DNA from: Halocafeteria seosinensis
Lineage: Eukaryota
Length of the DNA: 64,000 nucleotides
Assembly: GCA_001687465.1 (NCBI GenBank)
Contig: LVLI01000141.1
Span: forward strand, 62,001 to 126,000
Direction: 5' to 3'
Under the pieces are notes generated by a model that was not told where the DNA came from, did not search any database, and was given only the letters and a program-made list of their open reading frames with translations. The first letter of the stretch is position 1, and every line of letters starts with the position of its first letter. The position numbers and the translations under genes were made by a program. Of this stretch, positions 1 through 12,822 are shown one piece after another.

Positions 1-707
1 TGATGGTGGATGCTGACGGTGCAACAGAAGCACAGGAAGTAATCAAATGCCTCAATAAATTGAAGAAGGTAGAGAAAGATGGACTCGGAATTGCCATTGG
101 CTCGAGGGCCCACTTGGAAGAACAAAGCAAAGCGCAGGTATGACAGCTCTTGCGTAAACAATGTTATTTATACTGCTCACTTTTCTATCCCTACAGCGTA
201 GTGCGTTCCGCAAGTTCTTAATGTGGGGGTTTCACACCCTCGTTACAGTTCTTGTTGGCGGTGACCATGAAATCCACGACACACAGTGCGGATTTAAGCT
301 ATTTACTCGGGAAGCAGCTCGACTTCTCTTTCCTGTAATGCACATTGAAAGGTGGGCTTTCGATGTAGAGCTTCTTTTTCTTGCATCAAAGTGGAAGATC
401 CCAATGGTGGTAAGTTCAGGTCGCTTGCTATCTATCCCTACTGTCATTTCTGATCGCCTCCTCAACGAGATCGTCCCAGGAGGTTCCTGTTCAATGGCAC
501 GAGGTCGAGGGCTCTAAATTGGACGTATTTAGCTCGACATTGCAAATGCTGAGGGATCTCTTCACTATTCGAACTTGCTATATGCTCGGGCTTTGGAAGT
601 ACGTATCTTGTTGCGATCGTTGTATCTGCCGCTAGAATGACGCAATTGCAACTGTGTACAGCCAATATGATGTGTTCGATAAGCGATACGAGATAAAGAG
701 TAAATAA
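1..707 (+). CDS. ALG5: Dolichyl-phosphate beta-glucosyltransferase, 3' part (5' truncated by window edge), spliced
   Basis: Spliced translation MVDADGATE..IAIGSRAHLEE|RSAFRKFLMWGFH..DTQCGFKLFTREAA..HIERWAFDVELLF..|EVPVQWHEVEGSKL. GT-AG introns at 138-196 and 410-479, and probably 599-661 (without it the stop is at 635). Confidence 0.92.
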
Positions 708-935
708 GCGACTAAATCTCTGTTTAGGCCTACAAAAAATATACGTCTTCTTGCCAATTTACGGAAACAAGATAGCCCACTTTGTGAAGTTGCGAGCGTG
801 TGCACTTCCTCAGTGAGGCACCGTCGCTCAACATGAAATGTCATTGATCCTAATTCATTCCTCCGTCGTCGCACGCATTACTGAGAGGAAAAAACTTTGA
901 TTGAATGATAGAAAACCACCTCCTGAAGCAGCAGT

Positions 936-3039
936 ATGTTTGGAGTTCGGCAACACTTAGCTTCGAGGAGGCTCAACTTGTCTCTTCGGAGTACATCATC
1001 CCGACTGCACAGCCATGCCTACAACAGAGTATGTAAAGCAGTATTGCCTCAAGGGGACTCCTCGTTCAGCAGCTATTTGCACGACGAAACAGAAACGTTC
1101 ATACGTCGAGGTAAGAACCATCCTGCGTAATACGGGAAACGTGTAGATGACGTATCGTCTTGTCTGAGTGCAGAGCCTTTCCACCCGGTGTTTGGCCGTC
1201 AGCCAAAAGTGTGCAGTTCAGCGGAAGAAGCCATTGGAGACATTCTGGTATCCCATTCTACCGTCTTCCTGCAAGGAGCCGCTGCAACGCCGGTAGTCCT
1301 AGCTAATGCTTTGGCAGACGTAGCTAAAGAGGTTCGGGGTTCACCAAGGATGACTCACCAAAGTGTTCACATCATGGTTGGTATCCACCGCGTGCAGAAA
1401 GATGTCAAGGACGTGGAGGTGGTACATATTCATACCGAGGGACCAGGAAAGTATGCACAGGAAGAATTTCAAAACAACATTAGATCGTAAGCACGAAACT
1501 AGCTATCGCCATAATTCGCCTGACCTGCATAAGATACCGTTTGCAGCAATTCGTTCTTTACTGGACCAAACATGAGGGAGGCAATAAACAATGGAAGGGC
1601 TGACTACTCTCCTATGTTCTTGTCAGAAATTCCATTGCTGTTCCGGAGAGGTAAGGGTATACGACTGCCACCTCATGATCTCTGTTTTACGACTGCTTAC
1701 GACGACCGTTCAGGGTACAAGCCATTGGATGTGGCACTGATCCAGACTTCTCCCCCGGACGATCATGGGTTTTGTAGCTTAGGAGTGAGCGTCGATTGCG
1801 TGCGCGCGGCTGTACAGTGTGCCAGCTACGTTGTTTGTCAGATTAATAGATCTATGCCAAGAACGTTCGGTGACGGATTAATCCATCTTTCAAATTTCGA
1901 TCGAGTAAGTCTGAGTGATTTGGGTTTGGGCTATGCCTCATACACTTCGTAGAACACCCTTTGCAGGTAGTCTATCACAACGAACCACTCCCGGAATTGA
2001 AAGTCTCCGAACCTAACAGTCGAATCCAACGAATAGGCCAACTTATAGCGGATAATCTTGTTCGAGACGGTGCCACTCTTCAAATGGGTATTGGTGCCAT
2101 TCCAGATGCCGTCCTTAGCTGTCTCAGGAACCACACAGATCTAGGAATTCATTCTGAAATGTTTAGTGATGGGATTATCGTAGGTTGTGCCTGAACTTAG
2201 TACGCTGGTTGCTATCACATTCACGAGACATGCTGCTGCTCGGTTTTAGCAGGACCTCGTGGACAGCGGCGCCATCACTAACAAAGTGAAATCGATGCAC
2301 CCTGGTAAAATAATCGGTGGATTCTGCATAGGCACTAAGCGGCTTTATGACTACATCCATGATAACCCCGGGTATGTTATCAGCTTACTAAGGTAAAACG
2401 TTCTAAAAAGTTGTCTATTACTGTTTGCTTTCTCAGGGTGGAAATGTTAGACATTCAACATGTAAACGACACGGCCGTCATTGAACAACAGCACCTGATG
2501 ACTGCTATAAACTCAGCCATAGAAATTGATGTCACTGGGCAGATTGTTTCTGGTATGCAAACTGAGCCGTAAACTGTTGATATAATCTATGGGGAATGCA
2601 TATACGTACCTTCATATGACAGACTCCATTGGAGACCGCATATACTCAGGCGTCGGCGGACAAGTGAGTTGCTTATGGCATATTCTGTAGCTAATTTCGA
2701 TGCAAAACGACTCCGGAATCCATAATCTTCATAAATGTGCAGATCGATTTCATCCGTGGTGCTAGCCGAGCGCTCAACGGTGTCCCCATCATAGCCCTGC
2801 CTTCTACTACGTCTAAAGGCGAGAGCCGCATTGTGCCTTATCTCAAAGCAGGTGGTGGAGTGGTTACGACAAGAGCTCATGCTCATTACATTGTTACAGA
2901 ATACGGAATTGCTTCCTTGTACGGTACGACTCTACGAGAGCGGGCAAAGCAGCTGGTTGAAATAGCTCATCCAGACCACCGAGAGGAGTTAGCCAAGCAA
3001 GCTTATAGTCGTGTACATTGCACAGTGGATTGTCCGTGA
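936..3039 (+). CDS. Acetyl-CoA hydrolase/transferase family (4-hydroxybutyrate CoA-transferase / ASCT-like), likely mitochondrial
   Basis: Motifs GRADYSPMFLSEIP, SPPDDHGFCSLGVSVD, GATLQMGIGAIPDAV, GIHSEMFSDG (catalytic Glu), GVGGQ|IDF, VVTTRAHAHYIVTEYG. About 9 short introns. Arg/Ser-rich N-terminus; the start exon is uncertain. Confidence 0.9.
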
Positions 3040-3199
3040 AACGATATAGAACAGCTACTCGTCCCTTAGTGGCTGCCGGGGTTCTAAATTCGCAATCGTC
3101 TCGCAGAAGGTTTGTTCGTTGTTGACCTTCCTGACAACTTCATTTGCATATCCATAGCCTGACTTCATCCAGACAACGAAGATTGCCAACCAATGGATC

Positions 3200-4050
3200 T
3201 CACTTATGCTCAGACGCTAAACTGTTCAAATATTTGATTGGTGTGTTTTTTACACTAGACATTATATCTGTGGCGCGCTTCTTAACATCCTCATGACATT
3301 CCTCAATGCTTCTGTTTGCGGGTATGGACTGCCAATACTTGTGGTCATAGAGCTTCTGATATTGCGCCTTAACTTTGGTTTGAAATGTTTTGTTTTCATA
3401 GCGCTCTTCTCCGTAACCTCCCCTCCTTTCAGTATCCTCGACTTCCATTTCCATGAAGAACACGCTATCCGGCTGCGGCAACCCGTACTCAGGGGCAGCA
3501 CACCAATCGAAGCTCATCTCATCCTTAGCGGCAGAAAATGCAACCCCAGAAAAGCTATATCTATCAACAATTACGTGTGTTCCAGAGGTAAGAAGGGATT
3601 CTATCTCTTTTCTGCGCCGATTAGCACAAGTTGGACTTCCCTAGCTGATACTTCAGTCATAACACAAATGGCTTACTTCTTCTCCCATCGGTTCGCCGAG
3701 AAGAGCAGATGAACTGAATGATCATCTAGCTCACTTGACTGGTTCAAGTACTCATTTATCATCCCACCTATAGGGGTACTCCTATCTGCAATTCCCACGA
3801 AACTTCGTTTCCCTCCGACTACAGTATTGGCGGTATTAGACTTACCCGGAAACCTCATGAATTTCGACGACTGGCCATCCTTCTCCAGAGCTTCCACCAA
3901 CTTTTGCGCCTGTGTCGTCTTTCCACATCGGTCAACACCTTCGAAAACAATGAATGCGCCTCGGGATACACCCGTATCTGTCGCCATGGTTCTGGTAAAC
4001 TGGGTGAAAATACTGTTTTTTGGCACTGCTCGTGCAGCTACCTGAAGCAT
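3200..4050 (-). CDS. DTYMK: Thymidylate kinase (dTMP kinase), spliced
   Basis: RGAFIVFEGVDRCGKTTQ P-loop, MRFP|DRSTPIG, HLLFSANRWEK, DSYSFSGVAF, WCAAPEYGLPQPD, GGYGEERYE. Confidence 0.95.
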
Positions 4051-4338
4051 ACCTCCTCTACCTCAAACTTAAGCAGTCCTACAACCGAGATTCTCTCTTC
4101 CTGATCATCTTCGTACCACAAATTCACCAACAGCACCCTTCATAGCGTCTGATGATCTCATTTGAATTCCACTCACGTACACGACAAACTTTTCGCATAC
4201 TTCCGTCTTCATTTGAAATCTTAGCCAATGCGCAATGCTCATACAACTGTTGCACTTGTATGGATCCGGCCCGATCCGTAGGCACCTACACTCCTCAGTT
4301 GTTGGTTGGTTGGCGAGTGATCTTTGTGTAAGGATACA

Positions 4339-7300
4339 ATGGATATCCGGAATTTCTTCGGTGGAGGAGGGGGCAAGAAGTCGTCTGCTGCCACGTCTCA
4401 AGCTGTGAGTGCTCCCCAGAGGCAACCTATGACCTTCCAAGGAACATTTTTCATTCTCTTATTTTATTGCTGCGCAGGATGATAAACAGAAGCAGCAGGT
4501 GAAAAAAGAGGAAACAACTGTGAAAAAGGAGCAGAATACGGCATCGAGACGGTCTCCTCGACGCCAGAAAAAGACCTCAACTTCCTCCTCCCAAGATAAT
4601 AAGACTCCTACACCAGAGCGCAAGAAGGCCCAAGGGGATCGGAAATCTCCCAGAAAAGCAAAGAGTGAGAACCAAAGTGCCGGGGACGACGATGATGATG
4701 AAGATGTTGTGGTCACGAGCACCACACGCGGCCGACGGAGACTGAACCAAACGTCTTCTAAAGGAAGTACGCACCAAACCAAGAGTGAAACGGAAACAAT
4801 TGACATGACAGACACGAAACAGTCAGACTCCGAAACCTTGCATAGCTCCCCGTCCAGACGTTCGAAATCGACAAAAGCTGGTAGTCATACCAAGACTGGC
4901 AACTCTTCCCCAAAGAGTACCACACAAAAATCGTCTCCTCGTCAAAAGAAACGGCAGCATGAAGAAGCCCCAAAGAAGGAAGTGGATCCGAACGATTTCT
5001 TCCAGAGGACCAGTCCTTCCAAAAAGCAAAAGCCCGCTCCCAGCCCTGAGAGTGAGACAGCCAGCAATCTGGAGAAAACGGAAAGCACCGACGAAGTTGA
5101 GACAGAACATCCGAAAGAGATTGGAGCTTCCTCTGCAAATACACAGCCACAACAATTGGCAGAGTCAGAGAACTATACCGAAGAAGCTACAGATGAGGAT
5201 TTACGGGCTGCTGCTGCTGAGGCGCTACCGCAAACAACCAAGTCTGGCGAGGCACTCCCAGTTGGCGAACCAAACTGCCTTGCAGGGAGTACGTTCGTTA
5301 TAACTGGTAACTTACCGACTCTGGAGCGTGACGAGGTACGTAGATGCACAAAACTATGTTTTCACTTCCCCAATTTAGGTGTTCGGCGTTGAGACAACAG
5401 GCCCGGGATTTGATTCTCTCGTATGGAGGTCGAGTGACCACTAGCGTCAGTAAAAAAACTACGTATCTAATCGCTGGAACTACTCTAGAAACTGGGCAGC
5501 CGGTAGAAGAAGTAAGTTTAACCGCCTACCGTATAACTATTGTTGGTCAATATCGACGGTAATCGTATTTGTTCACCAGAGCCGAAAGTACAAGGACGCT
5601 TCCTCAAGAGAAATCCCTATAATCTCAGAAGTAAAGCTGCTCTCGATGATTCGAAATAGTGGAAATTCTCGCAATAGTTCGTCTCCCAAGGCTGGTCCAC
5701 CCGCTCTCCCTTCGAGTTCGTCTTCGAAGAAGAAGACATCTTCAACAGCGAGTAAACCTCGTGAATATAAACATTCAAAGGAAGAAACAAATTCAAGTGC
5801 TCTTTGGGTTGATTTTCATGCACCCCAAAACTTGGGGGAACTGATTGGCAACACCGGCAATGTACGTATGCGCATTGGTTGCCCTGTTAAATCGAGAATG
5901 CAAGCTGTACCAACCAAATGCTTCCCCAGGTAAGAAAGCTCCAATCATGGCTAGAGGACTGGGAACAAATTCATTTGAAGAAGAACAAACCGCCGCCGAA
6001 GGCATCAATGAAGGAAAACCCTGGTGCTAAAGCGGCGTTGCTATCGGGTCCTCCAGGTACGGGACATATTGGGTTTGTACGGTACATGTATGCTCCATTT
6101 TGATGTTTTTGCGTATCCAGGAATCGGAAAATCCACAACTGCTCGATTGATTGCGCGTCACTGTGGCTATGAACCGTATGAGATGAATGCCTCCGACACC
6201 CGCAACAAGGACGCCATGAAAACTAAGTTGGCAGAAGTGTGCGGCAGTACGGTTCTCTCTTTTGGACAGAGCGGCCAAAATCAGCAAAAGCAGAGGCGCG
6301 TCATCATCATGGACGAAGTCGATGGCATGGGCTCTGGTATGTTTGGTGGCATTTACTGGTGGTTTGAGTCATCAATGTACGCATTTATCCGTGTATGTCC
6401 GGTGCCACAGGTGACCGCGGTGGAAGTCCGGAGCTGATTAAGACGATAAAGAATTCCCGCACACCTATTATCTGTATTTGTAATGATAGGCAGAAGAACA
6501 ATGTGAGGACGTTGGCGAATCACTGCTACGACCTCAAATTCCAACGCCCAGTGAAGGTACGACACTGACACTGGTTGTAGGGGGAGACTCTAGCGAGATT
6601 GTTGTTCTTGCTGATTGGTGTCCGCAGGCAACCATCGCTAAGAGAATGACTCAACTTGCCCAGCAGCATGGATTGAGCGTAGAGGAAAATGCCATGGAGT
6701 ATCTCGTCGAAAGCGTTGGCAACGACATTAGACAGGTATCTAAGTGCCCTATTATGCTCCAATGTTCTGGCTTCCAGGTTCTCATCCCGAAATTGTTCTG
6801 CAGGTGCTGAATGTCTTGCAAATGTGGGCTCGAAAGAGTAAGACTATGAGCTTTGCCGAACTGAAGTCCAGGTCCGGTGAAGTGAGTGCCTTTCGCTCGT
6901 TTGGGGAGCAAATATATAAGAAACACTCCTTCTGTGCTTACAGATTGACAAAGATTCGATACTTCGTATCACTGCCTTCGATGCCGCTGCCAACCTCTTC
7001 AATACGGCCTCCGGTCCTGCAGCTGTTCCTTTTTATAAGAGGTAATTCTGCATTCGATTGATATCTATCGTCCGGACTCCTCTACCCGTCTACTCTGGTC
7101 CTAAGTTACGCAGATATGAACAGTTTTTTGTCGATTACGATCTGATTCCATTGCAAGTTCAACAAGCCTATCCTCACAGCGCAAAGGTAAGCAATTGGAT
7201 GCAACCTCTCAGAGACAGCTGCTGTTCGACTTGGCAGTGGATTTCTGCAGTCTCCATCCAATGAAAAGCCAGAGTCGAAACTAAATCGAATGCGGCAGGC

Positions 7301-8323
7301 GGCAGACGCGATCTGCTTTAGTGACTTGATTAGCCAGCATATTCGTGGCCAGCAACAATGGTACCTCTTACCTGCTATGGCTGTAGCTAACGTAGACGTA
7401 AGTGTCTTCGTCGCGAGTCGCACTGATTCACGAATTGCCTTATTATGGCCCATTACTTGTGTGATTGGCGTTGTGCTAATCCAGGCTGGGTTCCGAGCTG
7501 CGGGCAGAATTGGGTTCACTGGATTTCCGGAGTGGATGGGAAGAAATTCCACCATGAATAAACATACACGAATGTTAAGCGAGCTGGGCATTCACATGAA
7601 TAGTCGGGTCAGCGGAGGTTTACGAGCACTACGTCTTGAATATCTCGAGGCTCTCCGAGGAGAATTGCTGAATCCGTTGTTGACAGAAGTACGTATGCTC
7701 ATTTTAAAGGGCCGGGATGGTTAATTGCTGTATTGTTAAACTGAATTCAGGGAAGAGAGGGAATATCAAAGACTATTGATATTTTGGACGAATATGGGAT
7801 CAGTAAGGTATGACTTCTTGTCTTGTTGACGACTTGTAGATTTAGATAGCAACATGTCTGCTTGGGCCTTCTCAGACCGATTTCACCGATAACATTCTCG
7901 ATTTCCGATTTCCGGATACCCCTGATCCACTGAAGAAACTGGATACTAAGACGAAAACGGCGTTTACGCGTGCCTATAACGCCGGAAGCCACACCTCGCA
8001 AGCTTTGCGAACACGAGAAGGGCTTACTGCGAAAAAGGGTAAGGCAAGTCGCGCCGCTCCAGCAGAAAGCATAGAGGGCGAAGAAGAAGAAGCGGAGGCA
8101 GGTAGTGATTCAGACTCGGAAGAAAGCGATTTCGATATTTCTCAATTTCAATCAAAGAAGGTACGTAAAGCAATCCATCCTACCTCATTTTTTCATGAGT
8201 GTTCCATATTTCCTTTTTTATTGCTAGCTAATACAGCGGGGCCGACAGACACCTACAAAAGCGAGTAGCAGCACCGCATCTGCAAGCAGTAGTAGCAAGA
8301 AAAAGGCGGCTAGGAAGAAATGA
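4339..8323 (+). CDS. RFC1: Replication factor C subunit 1, multi-exon
   Basis: Start MDIRNFFG; BRCT domain (PNCLAGSTFVITGNL..GGRVTTSVSKKTTYL); AAA+ Walker A ALLSGPP|GIGKST, EMNASDTR, Walker B IIMDEVDGM, IICICND; RFC1 C-terminal region FPEWMGRNS. Stop TGA at 8321-8323. Confidence 0.95.
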
Positions 8324-8724
8324 GACATACTTTCACCGCATTTTGCATAAATTTGTGTCGTTGATACTCCAGTAGTCTCTGTGCCTCCTCGCTTGTTCCA
8401 TACCACCCACATAGGATAGAGTTTACTCCTGCCAAGAAACCAGCAAATTGCCGAACGCAGAATGATAACAACACAGCGCCTTTCGCCCCAGCTAAGCTTG
8501 CCCACCATACAGCGTATTAAAATCACGGGTCTTACAACGAGGTACATCGCAAGTGTAGCAGCTTGAAGATTCGGTGCCGACGTGATAGAATGTTGGTCCC
8601 ACGAACACTAGGCCCTAGGGGGATGGTAGTGTCATTGCGTCTAGTTTGGATTGTGAGCGGGAGCACAATTTCAATTTTCGCGGCACGTGTCTGCAGATGG
8701 CAAAAAGTTTCTTGACCCCAGAAG

Positions 8725-10520
8725 ATGTGCGAAAACTTGACTAAATGTTGTGGTGAGTATCTACGGAAAGTCTGCTGGCCTCGGGGACTGCCTCAACCTC
8801 AAGGCACACGGCATTCTCATTGCATGTATCGTCTGCAGGTATCGCCATCAGCGTGATCAGCATCATTTTTCACATTGTATTGTTTGCGGCCCCAGTGTGG
8901 TTCTTCTGCTCTCTGACGGATCCTCTTTTGGATGAGTATGACAATGATGTGAACATAGTATACGGGCTTTTCTACAAGGTTGTCGTAAGTGCAGATTGTA
9001 TAGGAATCCGCGCAAGAGTGCTCAACATGCAGATACTTGAGTATATATGCAGGATTACCCATTCATGTATAGTTATGGTAGTTACGAGGAGGAGGAGGAA
9101 ACAACCTACGGCGAAGGTACTCATCGAGTACCCTTCTTTCAGAGCTTGGAACATGCCCCAACGAAAGCCAGAGTGACCTCCGTACTTTACACTATCATGA
9201 AAATCCAAATGATCATCTCGGCTGGATTGCTTTTGCGAGTAGTCTCATTGATATGCCAGGAAAAAAAGCTGAATGAAAACCCCCACAAGGCCCAATGGAA
9301 ATTTTTCGGTATGTTGCTTCGTGGTGCCATGGTACATGTCCAGATCAGCTGATGCATTGTCTCGCAAAATTCGTCCAATGAATGCAGTAGCAAACTGGTT
9401 TATCTGTGGACTCGTGGGCTTTATTACCCAAGTTCGTCATTAATTACGTATACACGAATCTAGAATTGTATGACGTGTCATTTGCTGAATGTTGCAGTTT
9501 CTCGGGTTTCTAGGCTTTTCCTTGGATGAGTGTCCTTCGTTTCTGGCGCCATACTTTTGCATGCTTTTGTCATTCATTAATTTTGCTTACTTCAAGAACG
9601 TAACGAAGAAGTTCGACAAAGATGAAAACCCATTTGCAACAAATACATTTAAGCCTGCCTCGGCTACTCCGCGAAGTACTGGCACGTCCTCAGCTCAAGG
9701 AAGAGGTATACAGGTGAGTGCGATCCAATGCTCAATGCTACTGCAGTGTCTCAACGGACATTTATCAAATATTGATGCGATGCAGATGTCGACGATCAGG
9801 CAACCGAAGGCAGCAGGTCTTCACTCTGGGGTTCGTCCTTTATGTAGAAAGGTGTAAGCCTGTCTACTTCATGTGTGTGTGTGTGTGTGTGTGTGTGTCT
9901 GCTGCTGCAGGCGATGAACGGGAACCATGCCATGCAGATGCAATTTGTAAGCGCTACCATAAATGGCTTTATGTATGTCGTTCTTGTTGAAACATGAACT
10001 ATTATTTGTATACAGGCTCATGGTTCCGCTAATCCTCCCCAAGAATGGGGAATGGTAAGTGAGAAATTTGAGTATTATCGGACGGAGTTGATTTTCCCTT
10101 TGATACCCCTTCTTGGTATATCGGATGCGTTTCGGGATTGCAGGGTCACATTGGTCCTATGCATGTAAATCCGGTGGCACCAGGGGTATGATCATTTCAG
10201 TTTCTTGTACCGCGTTTTTCACTCTCAGACTCGATATTTGCTAACGTTTATGTAACGTTTCAGGGGCCGTATCAGCAACCAGTGCCGCATCAGATGTACT
10301 CTGGGGCTGGCATGCATGCTCAAATGGTATGACTCTTGTTCATGCTCTTTCAAAACTGTATCTCACGCATGCCTACTTATATCTACAGCCGGGGGTACAA
10401 GGAAGTGCACCGTCTGGCCAAATGAGTGGAGAGTCAACACCCGCCCAAGATCAGGGATCCTCTTATCAACAATCTACAAGTTATGCAGCAGATGAACCTC
10501 CGCCGAGCTACTACATATAA
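8725..10520 (+). CDS. Hypothetical ~4-TM membrane protein with a Pro/Gln/Met-rich tail ending in a PPSY motif
   Basis: Spliced model MCENLTKCC|GIAISVISIIFHIVLFAAPVWF..; further hydrophobic segments (QMIISAGLLLRVVSLI, NWFICGLVGFITQ|FLGFLGFSL, LAPYFCMLLSFINFAYF); tail built from several small phase-0 exons, ending ADEPPPSYYI. Confidence 0.65.
9872..9898. repeat. (TG)n microsatellite inside a predicted intron
   Basis: Uninterrupted tg run directly visible. Confidence 0.95.
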
Positions 10521-10732
10521 TGTGCGGTTCTACATTGCTCATTCCATGTGAGGTGCGCCAATAGTCGATGAAAATCAAACGCACGTGTAAGTTATGATGA
10601 AGAAAATGTCAACTGCATGATACTGTCAGTCTGTACGTTGTATCCACCATGACCCGAGCACTACGCATGTTGCAAACACCGGTGGTTGCAGAGTAGAATC
10701 CGTCAGTTTGAATAAACAATTGAAGAAGTTTC

Positions 10733-11159
10733 ATGTTATGTACGCATCCTCTTATCGAGGAACGATATTCGTCCGTGTTCAGCAGCCACGGTCTTGCTTT
10801 CCGCTCAGCTGCGCTAATGTGCGCCCGGATGAGACGCCAGAGATTGTGCTCAGGTGGCACCGCCGCTGTACCTGCCACAGCGACAGCAGAATTACGGGCA
10901 ACTTTAAGCATGGAAGAAGAAGACCCCGTACCTGCCACAGCGATACGAGAACCACTTGCATACCCGTTAGGCGCCGACTTCTTGGCTTTCACTTCTGCTT
11001 GTCTCTGTGATGAGGAGTGTTGTTTTGAGTACATACAGTATTGAAGCTGTCATCGCATGGTACCAATGTACCGTACCATCACACAGTCCCAAATACTTAG
11101 TCTCTTCATGCTTTCTTTGCGATGCCGCTGTGCGTGGTGCGTCGGTGGCTATATGTGAC

Positions 11160-11198
<39 letters not shown>

Positions 11199-11835
11199 TG
11201 TGTGTGCGCGCCACCTTACTGACTTTTGTAGCGAGTTTGAAACCGACGTTGAATCCCTTTCTGGCCCATCGTGTCAAAAAATTTATTTCGGGAGGTTCCC
11301 CTCCAAGACGAAGATGTATAATTTCGGCCGCGGTGTCAGCTACTTGGTTCCCATTGAATCGAAGTGTAGTCGCTCATCTCTGACTTATTTCTAGAGCCAA
11401 GTTCCTGAGAGAGTGGGGGTCTGACCCGTAAACGATACTCGAAATACTCTGTAGCGTCAACAGAGGTTGAAGAGATGTTTGATTTAAAGCAGCTAACGCT
11501 CATGTGGAACTTCTTGTACGATGAGTTTTTCAGTGTGGTGATGAACCAGGATCTCCAAAAACGAAACCTATCTCCATTTGAGAAAACTCTACTTCACGAT
11601 ACGTGCCAGTAGGCCTCGGAAAAGGATATTGGTCAATCATGCTCAGGCTGCATGTTCGGCAAATCCCGATCATGGGCTTAAGGTAGAAGACGGTAAGATT
11701 TGTCTTGGAAAAAACCGACGATCAGACGACCTTTTGGTACTTCTTCCTTCGTCGTACCCGGGCTGGAGGTTCAATAAGTTTGATTCTGTGGCAACTTCTA
11801 CTGTTGGCAAACAACTGAATAACTCTGATAAGTGA
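10733..11835 (+). pseudogene. Possible decayed, formerly spliced gene of unknown family
   Basis: Protein-like fragments in shifting frames broken by stops, plus a branch point/acceptor-like 'ttactgacttttgtag' at about 11216-11231 after a TG repeat. Confidence 0.3.
11163..11206. repeat. Imperfect (TG)n microsatellite
   Basis: About 22 TG units with one TT interruption. Confidence 0.95.
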
Positions 11836-12240
11836 AGAATGGACGGACGCGTCGGCAACGGCGTGGAAGAACAAGGGCACGACGGTGAAAAACTCGCGAC
11901 ACATTTGGGAAGCGATGATGGCGTGGTGATCCTGAGCAAAGACGCGAGTACAATCACGGCGGATGCGGCGGACGAAACGTCAGATTAACCCGGGGACGGC
12001 AGCGAAGGACGTGACCTGTCCCAATTCTTCGATGAACCGGTGGGTGGCGGCCCGCTCGCTCATGTCGGCGCTCTCGTGGTTCTCGCGCAGCAGCCACACG
12101 TGCTCGTAACAAACCCCGGTGGGGACGGCTTGGACGTTGTTCGCTATCGTGGTGGATGTAAGCGATTGAAGGCTTAATTTGGTTGCAAGCAAGTACTTAT
12201 TATATTTCTCCTTTCGTGGAGCATAGTCAATAGTTTTCAA
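11722..12240 (-). pseudogene. GC-rich reading-frame remnant interrupted by one TGA
   Basis: ORFs 11980-12240 and 11722-11904 are in the same frame, joined by 25 sense codons after a single TGA. The core has many G/C-ending codons. Confidence 0.4.
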
Positions 12241-12822
12241 AGCGGCTAGCGTCCACTTCGAAGATTGAAGTCAATAGTCAAGTTTTGCACCTAAGTACTG
12301 TTGTTACTATTTTAGAAGAACAGCCACGAATAATGGACCCGTTGTTGCTGAATTACGGAAAGTACGAATCTATCGACTTTTCTGCCACTTGATGGATAGT
12401 GTACACTGTCAGCTGGTAGTGCACTCCAGTCGACAGTGTAGTGTACCTGCATCATAGTACATGTATTTCGCGATTCGGTATCGTCGCATACATGTAATTC
12501 CTTGAACGGACGAAACCACCCAAATCCCCTCTGTAACAAATTCTTGTAAGGAACGCTTCTCGTTTCCGGTGCCAACATACTACACCTCCCTGATGGAGGC
12601 GCTCGCGCGTCGCGTACGAGCATGCACACACATATGTGACAGATACCCCACCCCGGACTCCACGGCTGAATTCTTCACCCCCGGTTCAGGTTCAGGTTTG
12701 TGAAGTCACTTGAAACTCTCCGGTACAAAGGCACGCATTCCATAGATACTTGAGGCTCTCGAGTTTCTAAAGTGCGCATCTCTGTCTGTTGTGTAGTTTC
12801 TCAACGACGGTGTTTCTAGAAT

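Noticed and set aside
10868..10943. CRISPR-like repeat-spacer pattern (16-nt repeat, 60-nt period)
   Set aside because: Only two short copies, in a eukaryotic context with no cas genes; better explained as a small in-frame duplication.
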